DNA of 63,729 nt from assembly GCA_944358695.1 (NCBI GenBank), contig CALVRM010000021.1, positions 1-63,729 on the forward strand, in the 5' to 3' direction. Below, one piece after another: positions 18,671 to 29,818 of the stretch. Each line of letters begins with the position of its first letter. The stretch's first letter is position 1. Source of the DNA: an uncultured Bacilli bacterium. GTDB lineage: Bacteria > Bacillota_I > Bacilli_A > RF39 > UBA660. A model generated the notes under the pieces. The model did not search any database and was not told the origin of the DNA. It saw only the letters and a program-made list of their open reading frames with translations. Made by a program: the position numbers and the translations under genes.

Positions 18671-19282
18671 TTAAATATTGTTCAAAATATAAAATAACAT
18701 TCCAAATCCCATAAACATTGTAATGAAACCTAAAATAGAGCAGTTCACAAATGCAGCTTCTAAAGACATTGGTTCATTTTTTTTCACGTCTGATGCTTCC
18801 ATGAAATTATCATTTTGTTGATTATTTAAAGCGGCTAAATTTTCTAGTTTTTCGTCAGTTAAACTATCAATTTTTTTAGTTAAATTCATTTCTTCATCTT
18901 TTAACGTTGCTTGTTCTTCCGGTAAAGTAGAGGTTTTATTATAGGTTGGGGTAACCCGTTTATAATTAACTGCGACGTCTAAAACTTCAGGTTTCATATT
19001 TAATTTAGGTGTTTCTTTGGCGGCTTTTTTAGCTTTAGCTTCATCGATTAATTCCTGATAATTTATGATTGCCTCTTTGTTTTGAGTATGTTGATAGTCA
19101 CTTCGTGACAAAATGTTTTCAGAAACTACGGGAACATCATTGCCAGAGCTATCAATTTCATATAGCTCACCAAATTCACTAAAGATATCTGTTACTTCTG
19201 GTTCAGTAGTTAAATGTACTTTATTTAAATTGGTATGATTTTTGCTTTTTAATTCTTCAAAAGCATCCTCTTTATGTTCCAT
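18671..19282 (-). CDS. Hypothetical acidic protein with C-terminal TM anchor
   Basis: ATG at 19282 after AGGAGG; hydrophobic C-terminus. Confidence 0.7.
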   Translation of the reverse strand: MEHKEDAFEELKSKNHTNLNKVHLTTEPEVTDIFSEFGELYEIDSSGNDVPVVSENILSRSDYQHTQNKEAIINYQELIDEAKAKKAAKETPKLNMKPEVLDVAVNYKRVTPTYNKTSTLPEEQATLKDEEMNLTKKIDSLTDEKLENLAALNNQQNDNFMEASDVKKNEPMSLEAAFVNCSILGFITMFMGFGMLFYILNNI

Positions 19283-19434
19283 ATTACCGCCTCCTAATTC
19301 TAAATAAATTCTATCATAATAATTGTCGTTTTTCAATCGTAAACCAAAATATTGACAAAATACGACTATATTTTTAATTTTAGTACTTGACAATACATAG
19401 TAGTTGATATACAATATGGTTAAAGAGGTGATAT

Positions 19435-19758
19435 ATGAACTCTCAATTCAAAAAAGGCGTTTTAGAACTAATAGTATTATTATCTATTAGTAAGCGCGAT
19501 ATGTATGGCTATGAATTAATATTAGAAGTTTCTAAAGTTGTTGATGTCAATGAGGGAACGATGTATCCTTTGTTAAAAAGATTAACAAATGAAAAATACT
19601 TTGACACTTATTTAGTAGAGTCAACGGAAGGTCCGTCCAGAAAGTATTATAAAATAACAACATTAGGGAAAAAAAGACTGAAAGAGGTAAAGAAGAATTG
19701 GAAAGAGTTTTCTTTGTCAGTCAATGAATTTATAAAGGAGTGTGAAAATAATGAATAA
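19435..19758 (+). CDS. PadR family transcriptional regulator
   Basis: QFKKGVLELIVL, MYGYEL, EGTMYPLLKRL, RKYYKIT. Confidence 0.95.
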   Translation: MNSQFKKGVLELIVLLSISKRDMYGYELILEVSKVVDVNEGTMYPLLKRLTNEKYFDTYLVESTEGPSRKYYKITTLGKKRLKEVKKNWKEFSLSVNEFIKECENNE

Positions 19759-21253
19759 GAAGGAATTTCTAGAAATATTAATTAAAAAACTATCGATTTT
19801 AAACGAACAAGAAAAGCAAGATATAATCAGTGAATATACTGATACGATTAACGAAAAAGTAAAACATGGCCAAACAGAAGAAGAAGCTGTCAAAGATTTT
19901 GGAAATATTGATGACTTAGTAAAAGAAATATTAACAGCTTATAAAATTAATCCTGATTTTGAAGAATCAGAAGAAACTTTAGCCAGCAAAGGTGAAAAAG
20001 CAATAAAAAATTTATCTGAAAAAATTGCCGATAGCACCAGTACGCTTATAAATCAGTTTAAATCTTCAAATAGAGAAATAAATTTACAACTTGTATTTGA
20101 AATAGTTATTAAAGTGTTTATTCTTTTAATAGTTTTACTTATAACTAAAGAAATATTCAACCTTTTTCATGAATTAGGTAATTCGTTATTTAGGGGGTTC
20201 TTTGAACCATTAGGTACTATTTTAACGACTATTTGGGGCATTTTCTTATTTGCCTTATATATAGGTTTACTGGTAATGATCGTTATCGCTATGTTTAAAC
20301 AATATTTTTATAGTAATAACGTTGATGAAAAAGAGGTATTAAATAATGAGTCTTTAAGCAAAGCTGCTCCAAATACGCTTACAAACGAGAAAGTAAACCC
20401 AAAAGATAATAGCGCAAAACCAAATGCCCCACAAAAGACAAAAAAAGGGACAACCGCTGGTGATGTAATTTTATTAATTGTTAAAATCTTAGTTATTATT
20501 TATGTAATTATTCCGCTGATTATTGTTGATTCTTTAGCCGTTATTGGGTTAGTATTTAGTGTAGTATATTGGATTAAAGGTATTAACCTTTTTGGACTAA
20601 GTTTACTATTATTGGGAATTGTTAGCTTGCTTACATATATTATAAAAATTATTTTTAGTTTATTGTTTGGAAAGTCAAAACCACATTTGTTACCGGTTAT
20701 TGCCAGTGTTATTATGATAGCCGCTGGTAGTTTCCTATTTGTTGACATGATTATAGGTGTTGATTATTATGATGAATTGCCAAGTGATGTTAAACTTCAA
20801 ACTGAAACTAAAGAGTTTAATACTGATAAGCCGGTATATCTGCAAGCCCATGGATATAGTGACGACAAAATAACCAGAACTGTTAACAATGATTTAAAAG
20901 ATGGACAATTCATCGTTAATGTTTCTTATTTTAAAGAAAATCAAACAATAGAGTTCAGCCAAACAGATAATTTTAGATTTAGTGATCACTGCGATTATGA
21001 CTATGACGATGCCAACTATTATAATTATGAAGATGAATATGAAGATTATCAGCACTGTAAAGATACTTCGCTTTATAATTATGTCGAGATTATCAATAAT
21101 TATCAAGGTGACTTTAATACGTTTAAAAAAGAATATAAACGATTTATTGAAAACCTTAAAGATAATAAAGTATACAATTACGGTAATATGAATTATCATA
21201 AGGTTGAAATAGTTGCTAACGAGAAAACTATGGAAACAATTAAAGTAGATTAA
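19751..21253 (+). CDS. DUF1700/HAAS-type membrane protein coupled to PadR
   Basis: MNKKEFL..L...L, EEEAVKDFG, multiple TM helices. Confidence 0.8.
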   Translation: MNKKEFLEILIKKLSILNEQEKQDIISEYTDTINEKVKHGQTEEEAVKDFGNIDDLVKEILTAYKINPDFEESEETLASKGEKAIKNLSEKIADSTSTLINQFKSSNREINLQLVFEIVIKVFILLIVLLITKEIFNLFHELGNSLFRGFFEPLGTILTTIWGIFLFALYIGLLVMIVIAMFKQYFYSNNVDEKEVLNNESLSKAAPNTLTNEKVNPKDNSAKPNAPQKTKKGTTAGDVILLIVKILVIIYVIIPLIIVDSLAVIGLVFSVVYWIKGINLFGLSLLLLGIVSLLTYIIKIIFSLLFGKSKPHLLPVIASVIMIAAGSFLFVDMIIGVDYYDELPSDVKLQTETKEFNTDKPVYLQAHGYSDDKITRTVNNDLKDGQFIVNVSYFKENQTIEFSQTDNFRFSDHCDYDYDDANYYNYEDEYEDYQHCKDTSLYNYVEIINNYQGDFNTFKKEYKRFIENLKDNKVYNYGNMNYHKVEIVANEKTMETIKVD

Positions 21254-21275
21254 AAACGCTTGATGGGCGTTTTTT
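21252..21275 (+). terminator. Intrinsic terminator
   Basis: AAAAACGC-7nt-GCGTTTTT. Confidence 0.75.
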
Positions 21276-21330
21276 ATTTGACTCCCTATTATTAAAATGT
21301 TATAATTTAAACGAATAAAAGGGTGATATC

Positions 21331-21834
21331 ATGGCCAAAGAAATAGAAAACAGAAAAAATATACGCATTGATCAAGAATTTACTAATCCAGTTTACGACG
21401 TGATGGGTGAGGCTATTAGTAAAACTGCCGAAAAACATCATTATGGTAAATACGATATTGCTAAATTAGTTATGGCACTTTACGAAGACGACTTTGGGTA
21501 TTTAACTTCTGATGAGGATTATCGCGAACAAGTTAAGTTACTGGCCCAATACTTTGAAAAAACTTATAACCATAAACTTATTACTTTTGAAATGATTAAA
21601 ACAATTAAATCTTTTGAAGGTACTGATATATACGATGCGTTAACTGCCGATGTAGCTACTATTGAAGCCATGGTAAGATATGGTAAAAATATTCCAGCTG
21701 AGGATTTGTGTATTTTTTCAGAACCGCTTGAGGACAATCGATATGATGAATTAATGACTAAGATTGAAACAGAAAAAAGTTTTCGTTATGGTGTAGCGGT
21801 TATTTATGATAAAATCAAAAATACGCAAAAATAA
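21331..21834 (+). CDS. Hypothetical protein
   Basis: TTGACT-17-TATAAT promoter; RBS AAGGGTG. Confidence 0.7.
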   Translation: MAKEIENRKNIRIDQEFTNPVYDVMGEAISKTAEKHHYGKYDIAKLVMALYEDDFGYLTSDEDYREQVKLLAQYFEKTYNHKLITFEMIKTIKSFEGTDIYDALTADVATIEAMVRYGKNIPAEDLCIFSEPLEDNRYDELMTKIETEKSFRYGVAVIYDKIKNTQK

Positions 21835-21847
21835 AGGAAAGTGAAAA

Positions 21848-22516
21848 ATGGCTAAATCATATTATAATATATTAGAAACTTTAGTCTGTATTTGTGCGGC
21901 CGAAGACGGTCATCTTAAAATTTATCTTAAACGTAAAATGACCGATCCCTATAAGGGATATTGGATTTTACCGGGGAAAATTTTATCAAATGATGAAAGC
22001 CTTGAAGATAGCGCTAAGAAGGTTATCGAAGAAGTTACCGGGCTACCTAGTTTGTTTCTTATGCAAGGAAAGACTTTTAGTAATGTAAATAGAGATCCCG
22101 ATGATCGGATTATCGCTTGCACTTTTACTACTTTATCAGCTAAAGATCTAGTTGAAATTAAAGGTGATGATGGTCGTCATCAACTAAAATGGTTTAATTT
22201 AGATGAACTACCTAAACTTGGTTATGACCATGACGCTATTATTAAAGCAAATATGAAAAAATTAAATCATAAAATATTAAAAAATGAAGACGATATTTTG
22301 TTTAAATTATTTCCAAGTGATTTTACTTTACCAGAGTTGCAACTTTTTTTTGAAAACATTTTAAATAAAAAGTTAGACCGCCGCAATTTTCGTAAGAAAA
22401 TGATTACTCAAAATATTGTCAAACCCACTGGTATTAAAAATGTTGGAGGACTTGGAAGGCCTGGGGAATTATATCAACTTAGCGATAATCTAGGGGAGAG
22501 GAGTATCATAGAATGA
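21848..22516 (+). CDS. NrtR-like NUDIX/winged-HTH regulator
   Basis: PYKGYWILPG, RDPDDRII, FTLPELQ, LDRRNFRKK, GRPGELY. Confidence 0.85.
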   Translation: MAKSYYNILETLVCICAAEDGHLKIYLKRKMTDPYKGYWILPGKILSNDESLEDSAKKVIEEVTGLPSLFLMQGKTFSNVNRDPDDRIIACTFTTLSAKDLVEIKGDDGRHQLKWFNLDELPKLGYDHDAIIKANMKKLNHKILKNEDDILFKLFPSDFTLPELQLFFENILNKKLDRRNFRKKMITQNIVKPTGIKNVGGLGRPGELYQLSDNLGERSIIE

Positions 22517-22941
22517 ACGAAGAAGGTTGGGGGTTAAGAGAATTTTTAGGTTTCATTGTCGTTATTTGTTTAGCAGTCTTAGTTACTATGGCGATGTATA
22601 ATCGCGGATTTAATGATTTATTTGATAGTTCTACTGAAACCGAGAATGAAACATATAATGATATTGAAGATATTTTGGTAAGTACGGCCCACACTTATAC
22701 TGACAATTATTATTATAAAGCCTTAGAAGACGGCGATGAAGATAGAGTTACCGTGAGAGATATGCAGGGGGAAGAACTTTTAAAAAACATTATTGATCTT
22801 AAAGATAATAAAATTCACTGTTCAGGATATGTTTATTTTAAAAAAGAAGATGGCAAAACAACTTATGAACCATATTTAAAATGTGGTGACAATTATCAAA
22901 CGGTTGGATATAAGGCCAAATATGATGAGCCAGTCAAATAG
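22513..22941 (+). CDS. Pilin-like protein with degenerate prepilin leader
   Basis: EGWGLREFLGFIVVICLAVLV; C-terminal CSGYV...YLKC. Confidence 0.5.
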   Translation: MNEEGWGLREFLGFIVVICLAVLVTMAMYNRGFNDLFDSSTETENETYNDIEDILVSTAHTYTDNYYYKALEDGDEDRVTVRDMQGEELLKNIIDLKDNKIHCSGYVYFKKEDGKTTYEPYLKCGDNYQTVGYKAKYDEPVK

Positions 22942-23075
22942 CATAAAAATACTTGACAAACATATAATAAGATGGTATATTGTTAATGCGTTTAATTAGA
23001 TTTACATTTATTGTAAATCTTTAATTAAGAAACAAAATGAAACGCCTGGATATGTGTGAAGAAAGGAGGACAAAT

Positions 23076-23492
23076 ATGCCAACCATAAATCAATTAGTTA
23101 GAAAAGGAAGAAAAAATAAAACTAAAAAGAGTAAATCACCAATGTTAGGAATTGGATTAAATAGTAAAGATAATAAAACCACTAAAACCAATTCTCCACA
23201 AAAACGTGGTGTTTGTACTCGTGTCGGAACCAAGACTCCGAAAAAGCCTAATTCTGCTTTAAGAAAATACGCTCGTGTAAGGCTTTCTAATGGTAAAGAA
23301 GTTGATACTTACATCCCAGGAGAAGGACATAACTTACAAGAACATAGTGTAGTTTTAATTCGTGGTGGACGTGTTAAAGACTTAATCGGTGTTCGTTATC
23401 ACGTTATTCGTGGGACTATGGATACTGTTGGTGTTGATAAACGTCGTCAAGGACGTTCTAAATACGGTACTAAAAAACCAAAAGGTAATTAA
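23076..23492 (+). CDS. rpsL: 30S ribosomal protein S12
   Basis: [28 protein letters not shown]. Confidence 0.99.
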   Translation: MPTINQLVRKGRKNKTKKSKSPMLGIGLNSKDNKTTKTNSPQKRGVCTRVGTKTPKKPNSALRKYARVRLSNGKEVDTYIPGEGHNLQEHSVVLIRGGRVKDLIGVRYHVIRGTMDTVGVDKRRQGRSKYGTKKPKGN

Positions 23493-23525
23493 AACATCAA
23501 TAATAAAACGAAAGGAGGATTATAG

Positions 23526-23993
23526 ATGCGTAAAAGACGTGCAACTAAAAGAGATGTTTTAGCTGATCCAATTTATGATTCAAAATTAGTTACAAAATTA
23601 ATTAATCAAATTATGATTGATGGTAAAAAGGGAACAGCACAAACAATTTTATACGATGCTTTTGATATGATTAAAGAAAAAACAGGCGAAGAACCAACCG
23701 CCGTTTTCGAAAAAGCTATGACTAATATTAAACCAGCGTTAGAAGTTAAATCGCGACGTGTAGGTGGCGCTAACTATCAAGTGCCAATTGAGGTTAAAGC
23801 TGATAGAAGTCAAGCCTTAGGTCTTCGTTGGTTAGTTCAATATGCTCGTTTAAGAGGTGGACATTCAATGGCTGAAAACTTAGCCAATGAAATTATCGAT
23901 GCTTCAAATGGTGTTGGAGCAGCGGTAAAAAAACGTGAAGATACTCATAGAATGGCCGAAGCAAATAAAGCCTTCGCTCATTATAGATGGTAA
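23526..23993 (+). CDS. rpsG: 30S ribosomal protein S7
   Basis: [26 protein letters not shown]. Confidence 0.99.
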   Translation: MRKRRATKRDVLADPIYDSKLVTKLINQIMIDGKKGTAQTILYDAFDMIKEKTGEEPTAVFEKAMTNIKPALEVKSRRVGGANYQVPIEVKADRSQALGLRWLVQYARLRGGHSMAENLANEIIDASNGVGAAVKKREDTHRMAEANKAFAHYRW

Positions 23994-24014
23994 TTTAAGA
24001 AAGGAAAAACAATT

Positions 24015-26087
24015 ATGGCTCGTGAATATAGTTTAGAAAACACACGTAATATTGGAATTATGGCTCATATCGATGCTGGTAAAACTACTTGTACCGAAAG
24101 AATCCTATTCCATACTGGAAAGATCCATAAAATTGGTGAAACCCATGATGGGGCTTCGCAAATGGACTGGATGGAGCAAGAACAAGAACGTGGAATTACT
24201 ATCACTTCAGCAGCAACAACCGCTTATTGGAAAGGGCATAGATTTAATATTATCGATACCCCAGGTCACGTTGATTTTACTGTTGAAGTTCAAAGAAGTT
24301 TACGTGTTTTAGACGGCGCAGTAACCGTTATCGATGCTCAAGCTGGGATCGAACCCCAAACTGAAACTGTATGGCGTCAAGCTGATGATTATAAAGTACC
24401 AAGAATGATTTTTGCCAATAAAATGGATAAAATGGGTGCTGATTTTGAGTTCAGTTTAGGCACTATCGAAAAATTATTAGGAGTTAATGCTAAGGCCATT
24501 GAATGGCCAATAGGTGCGGAAAGCGACTTTAATGGCATTATTGACCTAGTAAATATGACCGCTTACCGTTACGATGGTAAACAAGAGGAAAATCCAGAAG
24601 TTATCGATATTCCTGCTGATTTAGTTGACATTGCTAATGAAAAAAGAACAGAGTTAATTGAAGCAATTGCGGAATTTGATGATGAACTTATGAATAAATA
24701 TTTAGAGGGTGAAGAAATTTCTGTTGAATTAATTAAAAAGGCAATCAGAAAAGGAACACTTGCTGTGGAATTCTTCCCTGTACTATGTGGAACTGCTTTA
24801 GGAAATAAAGGTGTTAAATTATTACTTGATGCAATTGTTGATTATATGCCAGCGCCTACTGACATTGAATCTATTAAGGGAATCGATAAAAATGATAACC
24901 CAATTGAAAGACATCCAAGTGATAGTGAACCATTTAGTGCCTTAGCGTTTAAAGTAATGACCGATCCGTTTGTTGGGAAACTTACATTCTTTAGGGTTTA
25001 TTCAGGACATTTATCTAGTGGATCTTATGTTCTAAATGCCACTAAAAACAAAAAAGAAAGAATTGGTCGTATTTTACAAATGCATGCTAATGATCGTCAA
25101 GAGATTAGCGAAGTATATACTGGTGATATAGCAGCTGCAGTTGGTTTAAAAGATACGACAACTGGAGACACTTTATGTGACGAAAAACACGCTTGTATTT
25201 TGGAAAATATGGAATTTCCAGAACCAGTTATTCAACTTGCAATTGAACCAAAGTCAAAAGGCGATCAAGATAAAATGGCTTTAGCTTTACAAAAATTAGC
25301 TGAAGAAGATCCAACATTTAAAGCCTCTACTGATCATGAAACAGGGCAAACTATTATTGCCGGTGTTGGAGAATTACATCTTGAAGTCATCGTTGACAGA
25401 ATGAAAAGAGAATTTGGCGTTGAAGCCAATATTGGTCAACCACAAGTTTCATATCGTGAAACAATTAAAACCGCCGCCGATTGTGAAGGTAAACATATTA
25501 AACAATCAGGAGGTCGTGGACAGTACGGACATGTTTGGATTAAATTCGAACCAAATCCAGAAAAGGGCTATGAATTTGTTGATGCAATTGTTGGTGGTGT
25601 TGTTCCAAGAGAATACATCCCTGTTGTTGACAAAGGCCTTCAAGATGCAATGCAAACAGGTATTTTAGCCGGCTATCCATTAGTTGATGTTAAGGCAACA
25701 TTATTTGATGGATCATACCATGATGTTGACTCATCAGAAATGGCATTTAAAGTAGCAGCATCTTTAGCACTTAAAGCGGCTAAAACAAAATGTGATCCAG
25801 TGCTACTAGAACCTATTATGAAAGTTAACGTAATAGTTCCAGATGAATATTTAGGAGCTGTTATGGGAGATATTACATCTCGTCGTGGAAAACCCCTTGG
25901 TCAAGAGTCAAGAGGAAATGCATTATCAATTAATGCAATGGTACCACTTTCAGAAATGTTTGGTTATGTAACAAGCCTTCGTTCAAATACCCAAGGTCGT
26001 GGAAATTTCACTATGGGATTTGATCATTATGAGGAAGTTCCAAAAAACATTGCTGAAGAAATAATTAAAAAAAATGGCGGAAACTAA
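24015..26087 (+). CDS. fusA: Elongation factor G
   Basis: [17 protein letters not shown]; str operon position. Confidence 0.99.
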   Translation: MAREYSLENTRNIGIMAHIDAGKTTCTERILFHTGKIHKIGETHDGASQMDWMEQEQERGITITSAATTAYWKGHRFNIIDTPGHVDFTVEVQRSLRVLDGAVTVIDAQAGIEPQTETVWRQADDYKVPRMIFANKMDKMGADFEFSLGTIEKLLGVNAKAIEWPIGAESDFNGIIDLVNMTAYRYDGKQEENPEVIDIPADLVDIANEKRTELIEAIAEFDDELMNKYLEGEEISVELIKKAIRKGTLAVEFFPVLCGTALGNKGVKLLLDAIVDYMPAPTDIESIKGIDKNDNPIERHPSDSEPFSALAFKVMTDPFVGKLTFFRVYSGHLSSGSYVLNATKNKKERIGRILQMHANDRQEISEVYTGDIAAAVGLKDTTTGDTLCDEKHACILENMEFPEPVIQLAIEPKSKGDQDKMALALQKLAEEDPTFKASTDHETGQTIIAGVGELHLEVIVDRMKREFGVEANIGQPQVSYRETIKTAADCEGKHIKQSGGRGQYGHVWIKFEPNPEKGYEFVDAIVGGVVPREYIPVVDKGLQDAMQTGILAGYPLVDVKATLFDGSYHDVDSSEMAFKVAASLALKAAKTKCDPVLLEPIMKVNVIVPDEYLGAVMGDITSRRGKPLGQESRGNALSINAMVPLSEMFGYVTSLRSNTQGRGNFTMGFDHYEEVPKNIAEEIIKKNGGN

Positions 26088-26160
26088 GCTAAAACTCTTG
26101 TATTTTTAGCTTAGCTCTGCTAAAATGTTATATGAAATAGATAAGAGGAGGAATAATATT

Positions 26161-27345
26161 ATGGCAAAACAAAAATATGACCGTTCAAAACCACATGTTA
26201 ACATTGGTACAATCGGACACGTGGATCACGGTAAAACTACATTAACAGCTGCAATTAGTAGCTATCTATCAAAAAAAGGATACGCAGAGTTCCAAGACTA
26301 TGCAAATATCGATAAAGCACCTGAAGAAAGAGAACGTGGTATTACAATTAATACTGCTCATATTGAATATGAAACAGATAAAAGACACTATGCTCACGTA
26401 GACTGCCCAGGGCACGCTGACTATGTTAAAAACATGATCACGGGTGCTGCTCAAATGGATGGAGCTATCTTAGTTATTGCAGCTACTGACGGACCAATGG
26501 CTCAAACTCGTGAACATATCTTATTATCACGTCAAGTTGGAGTACCTCGTATGGTTGTATTCTTAAACAAATGTGATATGGTTGACGATGAAGAACTATT
26601 AGAATTAGTTGAAATGGAAGTTCGTGACTTATTAAGTGAATATGGTTACGACGGAGATAATACTCCAATTATTAAAGGTTCAGCTTTAAAAGCTCTTGAA
26701 GGAGATCCAGCTTACGAAGAAAAAATTGGTGAACTTATGGATGCAGTTGATGAATGGATTGAAACTCCAGCCAGAGACACAGATAAACCATTCTTAATGC
26801 CAGTTGAAGATGTATTCACTATTACAGGTCGTGGTACTGTTGCCACTGGTCGTGTTGAACGTGGTGAATTAAAATTAAATGATGAAATCGAAATTGTTGG
26901 TATTAAACCTACTAAAAAGTCAGTTGTTACAGGTATCGAAATGTTTAGAAAACAATTAGATACAGCTGTGGCAGGTGACAATGCTGGTGTATTATTACGT
27001 GGTATTTCTCGTGATGAAATCGAACGTGGTCAGGTTATTGCTAAACCAGGAAGCGTTACTCCACATACAAAATTCAAAGCTCAAGTATATGTACTTAGCA
27101 AAGAAGAAGGTGGAAGACATACTCCATTCTTTAGTAATTATCGTCCACAATTCTACTTCCGTACAACAGACATTACCGGTGTTATTGAATTACCAGAAGG
27201 TGTTGAAATGGTAATGCCTGGAGACAATGTTGAAATGACAGTAGAATTAATCGCTCCAATTGCTATCGAAAACGGAACAAAATTCTCAATCCGTGAAGGT
27301 GGTAGAACAGTTGGCGCTGGTAACGTTTCAGAAGTTATTAAATAA
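26161..27345 (+). CDS. tuf: Elongation factor Tu
   Basis: [31 protein letters not shown]. Confidence 0.99.
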   Translation: MAKQKYDRSKPHVNIGTIGHVDHGKTTLTAAISSYLSKKGYAEFQDYANIDKAPEERERGITINTAHIEYETDKRHYAHVDCPGHADYVKNMITGAAQMDGAILVIAATDGPMAQTREHILLSRQVGVPRMVVFLNKCDMVDDEELLELVEMEVRDLLSEYGYDGDNTPIIKGSALKALEGDPAYEEKIGELMDAVDEWIETPARDTDKPFLMPVEDVFTITGRGTVATGRVERGELKLNDEIEIVGIKPTKKSVVTGIEMFRKQLDTAVAGDNAGVLLRGISRDEIERGQVIAKPGSVTPHTKFKAQVYVLSKEEGGRHTPFFSNYRPQFYFRTTDITGVIELPEGVEMVMPGDNVEMTVELIAPIAIENGTKFSIREGGRTVGAGNVSEVIK

Positions 27346-27359
27346 TTTTATAATATATT

Positions 27360-27421
27360 AGAAATGGCGTAAGTCATTTCTTTTAATTAAAAAACTTTAG
27401 TAAAAAAATACTAAAGTTTTT
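27360..27421. terminator. Paired terminators between convergent tuf and murI
   Basis: GAAATGGC-gtaa-GTCATTTC-TTTT and AAAAACTTTAGTA-6nt-TACTAAAGTTTTT. Confidence 0.75.
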
Positions 27422-27450
27422 GTTGTTTTAAGCTAATATAGCCGGGTTTA

Positions 27451-28221
27451 TTAAATATCTTCATTCTTACTAGCATCTAAAATTAAATAATCCTTGCCTA
27501 AAATTTCGCTAAAACGTTTTATTTTCTGTTTATCATTATTAGAATCAATAAAATATATTTTGCCTTGGCCTTTATCTAATAAACCTTTATCTATTAGTTT
27601 TCGTTTAAGTTCTTTACTTATTCCACAGCTACCATCAAAGAAATTAACTTTACCTAAGACTTTGCTAATATTTTTTTTAATTAATGGATAGTGTGTACAT
27701 CCTAAAACTACATTAGTTACTCCTTTGTACTTTGTAAGATGTGAAATTAGATAATTATTTATTGCTTCATTATTACCATCTTCAATTAGTTCGGCAAGTC
27801 CAGAGCATGAATATAGATAAGTAATATTATTATCATATTTATGATATAAATTTAAAAACTTTTCACTTTGAATAGTACTTTTAGTTGCCATTACTAAAGT
27901 TTCTTTATCAAAGGCATAGTCATGCGCCATTTTATATGCCGGCTCAGTGGCAATAAAAGTAACATTTGGATATTCTTCCCTGAGTTTTTTTACGCATACC
28001 ATACTAGCTGTATTACAGGCAATAACTATTATTAATGATCCTTTTGAAATTAAATAATCAACGACCTCTTTAACGTTTTTATAAATTTCCTCGTTGGCTA
28101 GATCACCATATGGATTATGTTTTGAATCACTATAATAAATAAAGTTCTGATTTGGAGTTAGTTTTAAAATTTCTTTAAAAACTGTCGTTCCTCCAATTCC
28201 TGAGTCAAAAATTCCTATCAT
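27451..28221 (-). CDS. murI: Glutamate racemase
   Basis: IGIFDSGIGG, VIACNTAS, VLGCTHY. Confidence 0.96.
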   Translation of the reverse strand: MIGIFDSGIGGTTVFKEILKLTPNQNFIYYSDSKHNPYGDLANEEIYKNVKEVVDYLISKGSLIIVIACNTASMVCVKKLREEYPNVTFIATEPAYKMAHDYAFDKETLVMATKSTIQSEKFLNLYHKYDNNITYLYSCSGLAELIEDGNNEAINNYLISHLTKYKGVTNVVLGCTHYPLIKKNISKVLGKVNFFDGSCGISKELKRKLIDKGLLDKGQGKIYFIDSNNDKQKIKRFSEILGKDYLILDASKNEDI

Positions 28222-28251
28222 TTAAATCACCCTTTAATTATAAAAACCTAG

Positions 28252-29505
28252 CTATCTGCCAGGCTTTAACATGTTACTAAAATTAGTCGATTTACGATAC
28301 ATGAAGTATAATGGTGAATTTGTAATTAATTCAAAATCACCGGCGTATTCAACCGCCATAGCATTAAAACTAAGCTTAAATTCATTTAAACCTTTATATA
28401 AGTCATTTGTCTTTTGGATATTGCTGATGCCACCTAAATTAAATTTTTTAAATCCTAATTTTGAGTATCTGCCCATTAATTTCCATAATAATAAGTGCTT
28501 TCCATTGAAACTTTTATAATTTTCATCATAGCCATCCATGACTAAATAAACTTCTTCTTGCCATTTTACTACTAAGGCTGAAGATAAAATAATGCCATCG
28601 GGGAAATCTCTTAAATAATTAGTTGCTATGACTAGTTGCTTTTTGTATTTTTCAAACTTTCGATCAACGGCAATTTTATCGTTCATGAGTTTATCATTAT
28701 TGACGTGACTGTAAATTAATTTATTGTTTAATTCAGAACTTAAACGTTCGTATTTAGCGTATAAATTTTGTGATATTTTTAAGTATTCAGTTGTATCTAA
28801 TTTGCTATAATAAAAATCAATTAAATTTTCCTTATCAAAGAACCTGTATAAATTTTGAAAATATTCTAAATCTCTAGGATATTTTTTCTTTGTTTGCAAA
28901 TACAAATATTCTAAATTATTTATATTGCCATGATAAATTTTTATACCATCTTTCGTCGCTTTTCTTATTTTAGTTCTAAAAGGTTTCTCAATATTAGCAA
29001 ACATCTGCGTATATGGTAAATCAATATTTACAATAGCTTCGAATCGTGGTTTTAACGCCTCAAAAAAATTATTATATCCAAGATGGTAGTATCCCAGTTT
29101 TTTTAAGCGGGCAAAGAGGGTTTCATAATATATATTTTGGTTTATAACCTTTCCATTTTTATTATATATTTCTTTAATAATAAGTGGATTTATCTTAATC
29201 GCAACAATATCTCGTTTGCCTAAAAATTTTTTTATTTGCTTTGTAAATGTTTCAAGTAATTGTTCATCGTTAAAATTGATTAAAAATCCGCGAGGGGCTA
29301 AAGCATATTTGAATCCATTAATTTTTTGAACAATAATTAAAGTAGCTGCTTTAAGAATATTACCATCTAGTAAGCCTAAGCAAAAAGTATCACAATTTTC
29401 TTCGTTCATTGTAAAAGCATACTGAATAGTCTGATACATTGATGAAGGGCGAAATTGTTCGCTAAAAGCTTTAAATTCTGCATTTGTTAACTGTTTTATC
29501 TTCAT
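28252..29505 (-). CDS. FemABX family peptidyltransferase
   Basis: APRGFLINF, GYYHLG, KPRFEA, FNLGGI, GLNEFKLSFNA...EYAGDFEL. Confidence 0.88.
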   Translation of the reverse strand: MKIKQLTNAEFKAFSEQFRPSSMYQTIQYAFTMNEENCDTFCLGLLDGNILKAATLIIVQKINGFKYALAPRGFLINFNDEQLLETFTKQIKKFLGKRDIVAIKINPLIIKEIYNKNGKVINQNIYYETLFARLKKLGYYHLGYNNFFEALKPRFEAIVNIDLPYTQMFANIEKPFRTKIRKATKDGIKIYHGNINNLEYLYLQTKKKYPRDLEYFQNLYRFFDKENLIDFYYSKLDTTEYLKISQNLYAKYERLSSELNNKLIYSHVNNDKLMNDKIAVDRKFEKYKKQLVIATNYLRDFPDGIILSSALVVKWQEEVYLVMDGYDENYKSFNGKHLLLWKLMGRYSKLGFKKFNLGGISNIQKTNDLYKGLNEFKLSFNAMAVEYAGDFELITNSPLYFMYRKSTNFSNMLKPGR

Positions 29506-29568
29506 TACCTAAGCCTCCTCATATGCCAATATTATAACATATTTTAAAAAAATAAGCCATGTCTAGGC

Positions 29569-29730
29569 CTATTTTTCCATTGATTTCTCATAACTATCAC
29601 ACATAGTCGCTTCTTTTTTACATTCATGACCGCAATCGCATACTTTAATCTCTTCTAGTTTGCAACAATCCTTGTCACAATTACAATGTTCACAGTCATG
29701 AACGCTACATTTAATTGTCTGTTTTGCCAT
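29569..29730 (-). CDS. DUF1540-like Cys-rich small protein
   Basis: IKCSVHDCEHC...CKLEEIKV...TMCDSY; ATG at 29730 after GGAGG. Confidence 0.75.
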   Translation of the reverse strand: MAKQTIKCSVHDCEHCNCDKDCCKLEEIKVCDCGHECKKEATMCDSYEKSMEK

Positions 29731-29818
29731 ATAATTTACCTCCAATATTATTTTGGTCATATTTTGTCATAGTATTCATAAAAATGGGGTATCTTAATAT
29801 ATTTATATTGGTGATAAT

